From the NCBI GenBank assembly GCA_000934665.2, contig JYFJ02004120.1, positions 1 through 34,598 of the forward strand: a stretch of DNA of 34,598 nucleotides, written 5' to 3'. The stretch is from Catajapyx aquilonaris. Taxonomy: Eukaryota. Positions 11,801 to 23,800 of this stretch are shown here, in pieces; position 1 is the first letter of the stretch, and every line of letters begins with the position of its first letter. A program made the position numbers and the translations under genes. The notes under the pieces were generated by a model, which was not told where the DNA came from, searched no databases, and saw only the letters and a program-made list of their open reading frames with translations.

Positions 11801-14800
11801 GATTCTGTGGGGTGATCATGGGTCACACTACTTACGCCCTCATGTTCACATCTACCCCTTGGCACATGGACGCTGAGGGATATGTGAATATCCTTGAGAA
11901 TGACCTGCTCCCAGAACTAGAGGAATGATATCCAGATGAGCAAAAGATCCCATTTGTTCATGACAAGGCCGGGATCCAGGCTGACGACGTGTTTCCTTGA
12001 TGACCAGAGCAAGATTTCCCCGATGAAGTGGCCGTCCTACTCCCCTCACCTCAACCCCATAGAAAACCTTTGGGGTATGATGGTCAGGGAGTGGGACAAT
12101 CGCAATGAGCGCCGGGATGACCTGCTCCGACAGCATTGCAGGGAGGTCTGGGAATCCGTCGGCAACTGCCCTTGGATCCTGGGCAACTTCTTGTCCAGCA
12201 TGCCTCAGAGGCTGGCTGATGTGGTTACTAGTAAAGGAGGTCACAGCAAATATTAAAACTTCCTTGTTCTTGTTCGTTGATGTTCCCAGTGTTGTTTCCT
12301 TTTGCGTGTAGATTACCAATATGGATTGTTATTTGTTTCCAAAGATTTCTTAACTTTATTGTTACATTATTGTTACAAAAGTATGATTGTGGTTATATCA
12401 AGGCTGACCCACCAATTATTTTGTAGTGGCCATAAAATTTCATGGATTCTATTTGGAACCTTCGTCAGTGTCATTTTCATATTATTATAATATTCTTTTA
12501 TTTTTATTTTTTATTATGTACCCCGTTGTGGGCCTATATTATTAATATTCAAATATATGTTAATTATCATGAATGGCCCTTTGAGTTGTTTATTATTATA
12601 GTTTTCAATTTGTTTTTGGCTATGCCAATCTTGACGCAGCCCGCCAGCGCCGCCGCCGCTTCCACAGTGCATCGGCATTTGTAGATAAATAATGCCAGGG
12701 TGCAAATCGTCTGTAGAACATGCTCGGAAAATCGTGCATCAATGAACTGCGAACCCTGGATGACCCTGGGATTAAAATAAGTGGAAAGAGGTAGCCAGAC
12801 CCAAACAGAACATCAGGCCACCCATATTTGTAACAAAAATGCTTCTAAATGTCCCCAGAGTAGAAAGGAGTCCTTTCGGAACATCATTTCCCAATGATCC
12901 TCCATGAGAAGCGCTGGTATATCAGCCCCGATACACCAGTGGCACATCCAGTGGATGGACCCACTTCCAGCATGCTACTGTGACCGAGCGGTGTAATAAG
13001 GATACGGAAGTAAGAGACTAATGCTTCAATTTAATGGTCAAATGTGTACAGGACAGTAAAGTGAGAGAGAGAAGGGACGACCAATCCCCCAGGATATTCT
13101 CCTGGGGAAAAGGCCTCGAACAGAGGGTTGTACCGGTATATATACAGGCCAGGAGGCGCAAAGCCTGCTGGGAGAAATGGATAACAGAATCAACATGATG
13201 TAATGGGCAACGTATAAATGGATGTATCCAGAAAACGGTGACATACCCCAACGCCAAGCTTGAAACATAAACAATGAAAAATGGTCAGGGTGTTGAAACA
13301 TGTGCCAAACACGGAGACAAAAAAATCCACAAAGGAATCAAAAAGGGCCCGGTCAAAGTTCACAGACGGCCATAAAAAAAAAAAGAAATCTCCGTCAACA
13401 AAAAAAGGACACTAAAACTTGATAATGAGGGATGATGATGATGATGATGATGATTCCAGATGTCACTCAGAAGGCAGCAGTCAATTTAGGAAACCGAAGA
13501 AGGGGCTCCAAATGAACGTGTGGTCCAGGAACAGGTGTCCCTCTGCTTCCTCTTCTTGTAGGAGCGACGATGACGTCCATAGTCTCGACCCGATGGCGGG
13601 AGTTTCATTTCCTCGAACAGTTGAAAAGGCATGAAGAAGGTGTGTAGCCTCGGGAAGTCCGCCTCAGAGTAGATGATTCCGGAAAGGTACAGGCATTGGA
13701 AATCAAGATGACACCCCAGGGCAGCCATGAAGTCTGCAGCCAGGATCACAGGAAGTACGCCTCTACGCACCACGAGGAACGTCTTCTGAAATGTTATGTT
13801 CCCCATGGTGAGGGTGAGCGTTGTCCTCCCATAAGGTCGAACAAGGTGAACGTCGGCCATGCGCAACTTCGTTGGAGGGGCTGGTTCCAACTGAGGTCGG
13901 GAGTGACGAGGAATGGAATCCCACGCAGCTATGGAGACCATGGAAGTTACGGCTCCGCTGTCCAGTAGAGCGGTATGTGGAATTCCATGAACAAGTACGG
14001 CGATGGTGGCAGCAGTAATCATCGACGTATCTGGTTCTTCGATTCGGAAGGAGGCCATCCTGACGACTTGCACGTAATGCAGCTCGTAGGCGTAAGGATG
14101 CTTCACGTAAGGGTGCGGCTCACGCTGCTACTCGTACTTCTGCTCGTACTGTTGTTCGTACTTCTTCTGCTGCTCAGAGGAAAATGCGTAAGTTAGAGTG
14201 GCACAAGAAGGTTCAGAAATGAACAACACATGGCTGGCGGGTCTTGATTATATTCTGGGAGAGTGCAATGCATGATGGTTGGAACGTTCTTCAATATTGC
14301 GTCACACACACTGGGAGGTCAGTCCAGTCGTATGGAACACTTGACCCATGGGGTCTCCACAGCGCACTACTACGGGGTAGTCCAAAATCCTCCACCCCCT
14401 CCCACCTTACAAGGGGGCCAGGAACAATGGCACCAGAAAAAAATGTGGATCCCCAATTTACATGAAAAACATCCTCAGCACCTGGTTCATACAACCAGGA
14501 ATATGGGGGTTGTCGAATTCTCACGACACCCAATTATGACACACACACATGCACACCCACACACAGCCAATGTAGGTGGTGTAATACTTCACGGTGCGGA
14601 AGGCTGTCTTCATCCTCACGGGTAGGGTCTACAATTAGACGGAAAATGGCAAGTCTCTTGTCCGACCCACCGTGATGGAAACTTCCACAACGATATATAG
14701 GCAAAAGGGGCACATGCCGTAGTAGAATTTAGTCACATGGGCCTCCACACTGCCTCACCACCCCGGCCCCTGGGTGACGTATTCCGTACACACCAACGGA

Positions 14801-17800
14801 ATCGGGTGGCCCATAACTCCCTCTCTCTCAAATGGCAATGGATGTTAATGACTGTCCACAAAGGTAAAGTAGGGTAGGTAGGGATAAAAGGGGAAAAACA
14901 CGGACCATAAACTCGCATGAGAAGGTATTCCTTCAACAATGGCTGCTCAAATGGCGCGCAAAACGACTAATGGCCCGAAAGGGGAGAACTAACATTTGCA
15001 AGAAACATAATGCCAAAAGTGCATACAGGTTCATGCGGGATGTCAACAGTGACCAGTGTTGGATGCAACTTACAGGGTCATGTGACAGAGGAACAGGGAC
15101 TGGTGTGAGACTAAAACACCAAAGCGATCCAAAAAAAGAAAAGGAGGGAGAAACTCCCACGGGACAGGGAAAATCGAAGAAGTGATAATATGACCGTGGA
15201 CATGCTTACAAAGCAAACCCCCCTGTAGGATCAAGTAGGGTAGGACAGAGCACAAAGCCCCAAAGGGTACAACACGTGACCAGACTAATTAAAAGCAAGA
15301 GGCGTTGAAAACAAACAAGCCCGTAATTCAAATCGCACTTCCGACGCCACGTATGTGACCGAGCGGTGTAATAAGGATACGGAAGTAAGAGACTAATGCT
15401 TCAATTTAATGGTCAAATGTGTACAGGACAGTAAAGTGAGAGAGAGAAGGGACGACCAATCCCCCAGGATATTCTCCTGGGGAAAAGGCCTCGAACAGAG
15501 GGTTGTACCGGTATATATACAGGCCAGGAGGCGCAAAGCCTGCTGGGAGAAATGGATAACAGAATCAACATGATGTAATGGGCAACGTATAAATGGATGT
15601 ATCCAGAAAACGGTGACACTACCATATCGAGCGAGTGTGGCCACCATAGTGTGTTGATCCATCTTGAATTAGGCAAACAAAGCTGTTTTGTCACCTGTTG
15701 GTCCCCTATACAAATATTTTGGTTAACTACTAGACGTTTTCCGTCATGTAATTAGGAAATGTGTGGCGCAAAATGTGAAGTTCGTTAGGTCTATAAAAAC
15801 TAGTCAATGATGACTGCAGTGTTGTTGATGCCAGCCTGCCTGTCAATCTAGAACTTATAAAGTATTATTTTATTGCAGTGTGGATGAAATTGCTGATAAA
15901 CGAGTGGGTTCTATTTCATAAATTACGCAGACTCTATAAACTAGAAATAAGTTGCACGAATAAGTAGCGGAGACAGCTCTCAAGCGAGCCAGACTGTACG
16001 GCCACGTGTCCATGGGACCGCGGCCGCAGCTGCGCCCGGAGAGCTGAGTGTTGTGGATTCTGGAACATCCCCAAATAAACATATCCGTAACCTGGCAGAG
16101 CCCAGGATTACCAACACATAAACACAAAAACACATCAACAATCGCGACATTACTTTTGCGATTAATAGTACTCTCATTGATGTGTCAGAAAACTGTCTTT
16201 GTCTCGTACAGAACATTTCATATTACAGTAACTTACGTTAATTTTGGAACAAGTGTTTCCTGTGTTCAATACATTCCTTTGAATTGCATAATTCAATTTT
16301 CAGAGCATTTGTTTGAACACTTTTGGATTGGACTCGAGGTTCTGAAACCTTTCAAGTATGGATGGAGTGATGGTACTCAACTGGATGAGGAAAATCTCCA
16401 TTGGTATCCCGGTCAACCCAGCGGATATGGAAAGGAGTGCGTAGAAGTATTGGACAATGGGGAATTGTACGATGCTATGTGCAACTCGGAATTTAACTTC
16501 ATCTGCAAATTAACAAACCCAAAGGGTAAATATGAGTGTTAATAATGACATTTTCATGTCCGCAGAAATGTCTTACATGGATTGGTTCTATTTTTAGGAG
16601 CATGTCTGCCTGAATGGAAGACTATAAATATGAGTTGCTACTACTTTTCAACTGACAAGCGCAATTGGACGGATGCGAAGGAAAGGTGCAAGATCTTGAA
16701 TGAAAGAGCGGATTTGGTCAGTTTCAGTTACAAAGGGGAGCAGGCTGAGATAGCAAGTAAGTCATTCTTAGACAAAGAATTATGCATGACTTCAACGTAA
16801 ATAAAAAATTACTGCAATTAACCTGGACTCTTTTTCAGGTATAATGGCCGAAGCAATTTGGATGGACATAGAAGTTAACGTAGAGACAAATAAGTCCATA
16901 ATTTGCAAATATATTAAAACTGTCGAACCTACGCAGGTACGGGTTCGAACTTTAAGTTAGGTAGAGGTATTTGCGTCGGATATCAGCGGAAATAAATAAT
17001 GTCGGGGAATGATTTCAAATAACCTATTTAATGCAGCCACGTAAGGCTCTTTGTTATATCATCACTTTACAGTTCACTATTACACACATAATAAGCTTCA
17101 TACATTCATACATAGTTCACAAGTCCAATAATACTTCTTTTCCACACATTATGACATCACCAACAACTTCTACCACTCTGCTCATTACAAAATGGAACGA
17201 CTACATTTACTTATACATCCGTATACCATAATCATGCACCATACACTTCAACCTATGGTTGCATGAAAAGTAAAATAAATGCAACTGGAAATTTTGCCAC
17301 ATGGCTGGCTTACCTGACTAGTTGTCTGATACTGCTTCTCTGATGCTTCTACTGCTTCTCTCTTACTCTGCGTCTCTTACTGACTGATTCTATGACCCGG
17401 ACCTGCTTTTATAGTGCCCGGTTTGGGGTGGGGTTTGTACCACGTGAGTGTCATTTTGGGGGGTTTTCCCACTAATATTGTCCTGCTTCCTGCATCCTCA
17501 GATGGACTTGTTATATTGATGCGGTACGTTTCTTGCACCTCACACCGCGCTCGGACTCTAATGGATCTTTTGAATGGCTTTCTGGCACCAGGGAGTCTGT
17601 TGCTCGTGCTGCCTAGCCCACTCTCTAGCTGTTTATTTAGACGCGTGTTTTCAATAAACTGTGATAATTTGGGGTTCTTAAGTGTGTGACAAATGCCAAT
17701 TAATATCGTAATTAAGTCTCTTGTTATGCCGTAGGCGGCATGACAAAACTTGAACTAGCAAAGTCACAAAGGTTTATCGCATTATCCTGTATGGAATATC

Positions 17801-20800
17801 ATTTTGTCCAATATTTATTCTGATGTACTCTCATTGATGTGTCAGAAACTGTCGTTGTCTATTAGAGAAGATTCCATGTTACAGTAACTTACATTAATTT
17901 TGGAACATGTGATTCCGGTGTTCAATACATTCCTTTGAATTGCATATTTCAATTTTCAGAGCATTTGTATGGTCGCATGTGGATTGGACTCAAGTTTCTG
18001 AGGAAACCAATCAAGTATGGATGGACTGATGGTACTCACGTGGATGAGCGAAATCTCCGTTGGAAATGGGGGGAACCCAGCGGATATGGAGAGAACTGCA
18101 TAGAAATGCACAAAATTGGGCAAATAAGAACTGCTCAGTGCAACAAGGAAGTGAACTTTATTTGCAAATTAACGAACCCAAACGGTAAATATGAGTGTTA
18201 ATAATGATATTTTCAGGTCCTTAGAAATGTTTTACATGGATTGGTTCCATTTTTAGGAGCATGTCCGACTGACTGGAAGACTCTAAATACGAGTTGCTAC
18301 TATTTTTCAACTGACAAGCGCAGTTGGGAGGATGCGAAGGAAAGGTGCAAGATCTTGAATGAAAGGGCGGATTTGGTCAGTTTACATCCCAGAGTGGAGT
18401 GGAATGAAACAACTAGTAAGTGATTCTTAGACAATGAATTACGTACGACTTCAACATAAATAAAAAATTACTGAAATTTACATGGACTGTTTTTCAGCCG
18501 TTTTGATGGACATAGAAGCTAATGTAGAGACAAATGAGTCAGTAATTTGCAAATATATATTAAAACTTGAACCAACAAAGTCACAGAGGTTTATTGCATT
18601 ATCCTCTATGGTATATCATTTTGTCCCATATTGATTCTGTTGTATTCTCATTGATGTGTCAGAAATACTGTCTTTGTCTATAAAGGTCTGAACTCATATC
18701 GACTTGAAACTACGACTTGTGCGTAAAAGTCATACTTTTGCGTCTGCGTCTCCATGGCCTTGTTTGTTTGGGAAAGAGGGCTGTTTCCATATCGACTTGT
18801 GCGTCAAAGTCGAACTTATGAGTGTTCGAATCCATCCCGCTTGCCGGCTGCGCATGCACATGCAATTCCATCCCCGAGGGCCCATGCGCAGTATGCCGTG
18901 CAGAACGATAATCGAACAGTGCCAACAATCGAATGTCAACAATTACATCGACCACGTTCCAGTTTCGTACCTCTAGCGGCATGATGTCAAAATGGCGGAG
19001 AAATGCTATCATTCGCGGTAGTCACGTTTTACCTGCCCCGACCTGACCATTGTGCATGGGCTCTGCTTGTCTGCATCTGGTGGTCTGGCCCCCGAGCAGA
19101 TCATCCTGAGATTTTTTTAAAAGTGAGGAGTGACCTGCCCTTCCCTTTCCGTTTGTCGGAAGTCAATTGGACTCCTGGCAGCCTGCTGCTGCTTGAGCGA
19201 ATTTTGAGTTGATTGCGACTTGCTCAATGCTCATTACTACCTGCCCAATTACCAAGGAGATTTCTAACTTCACGTTTAAAGATTGCCAACCCCTCATCAA
19301 ACCATGGCTGCTTCGACTTTCAGACATGATCATCGTTCATAGTTTTCGGCTTGAAAATGCACCCAAACTCTTCAAGCAGGTCACGCGCCAACAACTGAAA
19401 TTTTGAGGAGTGAAGAAGGATTACTCTTTGGCTATTCGCTTTTCATTTGATTGTTTTTTTAAATGTTTAATGTAACTCTCACAGGTAAGGACACTATTAT
19501 GTAACACTTTTCTTGTCCATGGAATTTCATCGTTATTTCCATGTTCCTTAGGTCACTCGTAACTCATAATTATGAGCATTCTTTTTGTGTGAACTTAATT
19601 TTTGAACTCGGGGTAGTCAAACAACCTTATTTCTCGAAATAGTTGGGCCATTCTGAATCAAGAGAGCGCAGATATGTTGCTCGACCATCTCGTATTTCGC
19701 AGGAAAAAAAATCACGGCAGTACAGAACTATGACATAACGCTGCATATCAAGTTTCAGCCATATCGAATGGTTGCATCGAATTGTTGCATATCGATCGAC
19801 CTGGGGCCCACACGCACCAGGGTGCCAACAGTTGCGCGCGGCGAATGGCAACAACGGAAAACGACTGTCAACTAATGTCAACAAGAGGCCTACACGGACG
19901 CAGAAACGGCGTTCCAACGCACGCACAAGTCGTAGTTTCAAGTCGATATGAGTTTAGACCTTTAGAGAAGATTCCATTTTAGAGTACTTTAATTTTTGAC
20001 CATGTGTTCCTGGTGTTCAATACATTCCGTTGAATTGCATATTTCAATTTTCAGAGCATATGACCAGTGATACCATGTGGATTGGACTCTTTATCCGGCC
20101 AAAGCCACTCTATTATGAGTGGAGTGATACTACTCCAGCGATAGAGAGTCATTTCACTTGGCACGGTAACACACCCACGTATAATGGCGGGTATTGCGTA
20201 GAACTTATCCAAATTATCACTACCGGTAACGATAAAGGGAGAGTGCGCTACACTAAGTGCACCGAGACACATAACTTTGCCTGCAAATTACCAAAGGTGG
20301 AAGGTAAATATTGGTGTTAATAATGATGTTCTCATGTCCCTAGAAATGTTTTACATGGATTGGTTCCATTTTTAGGAGAATGTCTGCCTGACTGGTGGAG
20401 GCGAGGAACGAGTTGCTACTATTTTTCGACTGTCAAACTCAGTTGGACAAAGGCGGAGAAGTATTGCCGCGAGGAAAAAGGGGCACATTTGGCCAGCTTC
20501 CATGACGAAGGGGATCAGTCTGCGCTAGCAGGTAAGTCATTCTCAGACAAAGAATTACATACGACTTCAACATAAATAAATAATTACTGTAAAAAACCTG
20601 GAACGTTTTTCAGGTATAATGGTTGCATCTGTTTGGATGGACATAGAAGCTAACGTAGAGACTAATAAGTCAATAATTTGCAAATATATTAAAACTTGAA
20701 CTAGCAAAGTCACAAAGGTTTATTACATTATCCTGTATGGAATATCATTTTGTCCAATATTTATTCTGATGTACTCTCATTGACATGTCAGAAAACTGTG

Positions 20801-23800
20801 TTTGTCTATTAGAGATTATTCCATATTACAGTAATTTAATTTTAGAAGAAGTGTTTCCGCTGTTCAATACATTCCGTTGAATTTATTGCATGTTTCAATT
20901 TTTAGAGCATATGGTTTGGCGCGTGTGGATTGGACTCCATGTGCTGGACAAGCCAATCAAATATAGATGGACTGATTCTACTCAAGTGGAAGAGAGTCAT
21001 CTCAAATGGGAGAAGGACGAAGAACCCAAGTATGCTAAAGGGTATTGCGTAGAACTAACTGAAGGAAGTGGGAGATTGAACTACACTAAATGCACCGAGA
21101 CATATAACTTTGCCTGCGAACTACCAAACGTGACTGGTAAATATTGGTGTTATTAATGATGTTTTCAGGTCCTTAGAAATGTTTTACATGGATTTGTTCC
21201 AGTTTCACAAGCATGTCCGCGTGACTGGAGGAGGATAGAAAAGAATTGCTACTACTTTTCGACTGTCAAGCTCAGTTGGACAAAGGCGGAGGAGTATTGC
21301 CGCCAGGAAAAAGGGGCAGATTTGGTCCATTTTCGTTACAAAGAGCAGCAGTCTGAACTAGCAAGTAAGTCATTCTTAGACAAAGAATTACGTACGACTT
21401 CAACATAAATAAAAAATTACTGTAATTTACCTGGACTGTTTTTCAGGTAAAACGGTTGAACCCGATTGGATGGCCATAGAAGCTAACTAAGAGACAGATA
21501 ACTCAATAATTTGCAAATATATTAAAACTTGAACTAACAAAGTCGCAAAGGTTTATTTATTGCTTTATCCTGTATGGAATATAATTTGGTCCAATATTTA
21601 TTCTGATGTACTCTCATTGATGTAGACAACTGTCTATTACAGAAGATTCCATATTACAGCACTTAAATTTTGTCAACAAGTGTTTCCGCTGTTCAATACA
21701 TTCCCTTGAATTTATTGCATGTTTCAATATTTTCAGAGCGTTTGTATTATCGCACGTGGATTGGACTGCGTGCCCTGGACAAGCCAATCAAATATAGATG
21801 GACTGATTCTACTAAAGTGGAAGAGAGTCATCTCACTTGGTTGAAGGCCGAACCCACGTATGCTAAAGGGTATTGCGTAGAACTAATCGATGTTGAAGAA
21901 GATGATATTGGGAAATTGCAGTACAGTAGTTGCGACAAGGAACGTGCCTTTGCCTGCGAATTACCAAACGTGACAGGTACAATTAATGGTGTTAATAATG
22001 ATGTTTCATGTCCTTAGAAATGTTTTTTTTTTTTTTTTAATTTACCCCGTGAATGACCTGTTTGGTCTTTAGGGGGTGGTGGATTACCACCATTGGTATT
22101 TTTGGAGCGTGTTAAGATGAAATCTTATTAGTGTACTCCAGGGTTGGTAGGAGGGGATGTGCAAAGTGCATGTGCGCTGTCGTTAATTGGTCATTTTGTG
22201 AACTCCCCCGGGTGGCTTAGTCTATCGGAAATTGCCACCCGAAACGAAGTCAGAGATGGCCCAACTCTGCACGAAAGAAGGTGGGAACCCCGGGTGGGGA
22301 TTGAACCCGGGACCTTAACTTCCGTGGGCGCGCGCGTTACCGCGGCGCCACTCCGTCTCCCTGTGTCCTTAGAAATGTTTTACATGGATTGGTTCATTTT
22401 TAGGAGAATGTCTGCTTGACTGGTGGAGGATAAAAACGAGTTGCTACTATTTTTCGATTGACAAGCGCAGTTGGAAAATGGCGGAGGAGTATTGCCGCAG
22501 GGAAAAAGGGGCAGATTTGGTCCATTTCAGTTACAAAGGGGAGCAGCTTGCGCTATCAAGTAAGTCATTCTTAGACAAAGAATTACGTATGACTTCTACA
22601 TAAATAAAAAATTACTGTAATTTTTCTGGACTCTTTTTCAGGTAAAATTATTGAAAGCATTTGGATGGACATAGAAGCTAGCATAGAGACAAATAAGTCA
22701 ATAATTTTAAAATATATTAAAACTTGAACTAACAAAGTCAAGATGGTTTATTGCATTATCCTGTACGGAATATAATCTTGTCCAATATTTATTTAGATGT
22801 GCTAGGGGCCTTCATAAAGTTAGTACCTTTGGGTTGAAGGAAATGAGAGAAACGGTTCAAATTTCGCACAAGTATTAGTCTTCTCTCTATATTAACCCTG
22901 CAAAGCTACACATTTTCCCCAGTGATTCAGAGCTGTATCATTGACACATTATTGTAGAAGTCGACACTTTGTGCTTGAAAATTGTTTTCAACCTCTGTGA
23001 TCACCCCCTAGCGGCTTTCAAAATGCTTCCCACGCAGTGGTTGCTTCAAGTGGCAAAAGAGGATGAAGTTTCCAGGGGCGAGGCCCGGGAATATGTCTGA
23101 TGGGACAGAATGTTGTACCCCTAACGGACCAGCAAGTGCCACAGTTGCATGGGCAGAATGAGCAGATGTGTTGTCGTGCACACCTTGCGTCACCATTCCT
23201 CGTCTGTTCCGCTTGATCTTGTGGTGAAGCTTTTACAGGAGATCTTGATAATGCTGCCCGCGATGGTCTGACCTTATCATGTCTAATGAGTCATGATAAA
23301 TCCACATGAGTTTTTAAAAAAAACACTGAGCATAACCTCCCCAGATGATAGCTGCATTCTGACCTTCTTCGGGGGTGGAGAGTTTTGAGTGTTTCCATTG
23401 CTTGTGCTGTAATTTGGTCTCTAGGTTGTAGTGGTACACGCAACATTCGTCCATGATGATGAGTCAGTTGAAAAAATAGCCATCTTCAGAGAGGAACATC
23501 GCCAACATATTCTTAGCCTTAGTACCGAGGTTGACAACTTTTTTCAAGAGCAAAGTGTCGACTTTGGCATTAATGGTGTTCCACAAGTCGTGCATTGCTG
23601 GGGAAAGTGTGTGGCTTTGCAGGGTTAATATAGAGAGAAGGACATTCAACCCAAGGGGCGAACTTTATGAACGCCCCTCATACTCTCATTGATGTGTCAG
23701 AAAACTGTCTTTGTCTATTAGCGAAGATTCCATATCACAGTAATTTAATTTTTCAACAAGTGTTTCCGCTGTTCAATACATTCCTTTGAATTTATTGCAT

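Larger units (their letters stand above)
12979..15618 (-). mobile_element. Young non-autonomous LTR retroelement (2640 bp) with 265-bp LTRs and a 4-bp TSD
   Basis: LTRs 12979-13243 and 15354-15618 (TGTGACCG...CGGTGACA) look identical by eye and are flanked by CTAC/CTAC. The minus-strand PBS TGGCGTCGGAAGTGCGATT resembles the complement of the tRNA-Leu(CAA) 3' end. No RT or integrase motif. Confidence 0.9.

Noticed and set aside
15619..16168. Possible mariner-like TIR end at ~16140-16168 and further TE remnants in 12260-12978
   Set aside because: No matching second terminus or coding motif was found, so no element could be defined.
22280..22363. tRNA gene
   Set aside because: A and B boxes are present, but they are attached to a non-tRNA body, a poly(A) tail and an 18-bp TSD, so this is a SINE head.
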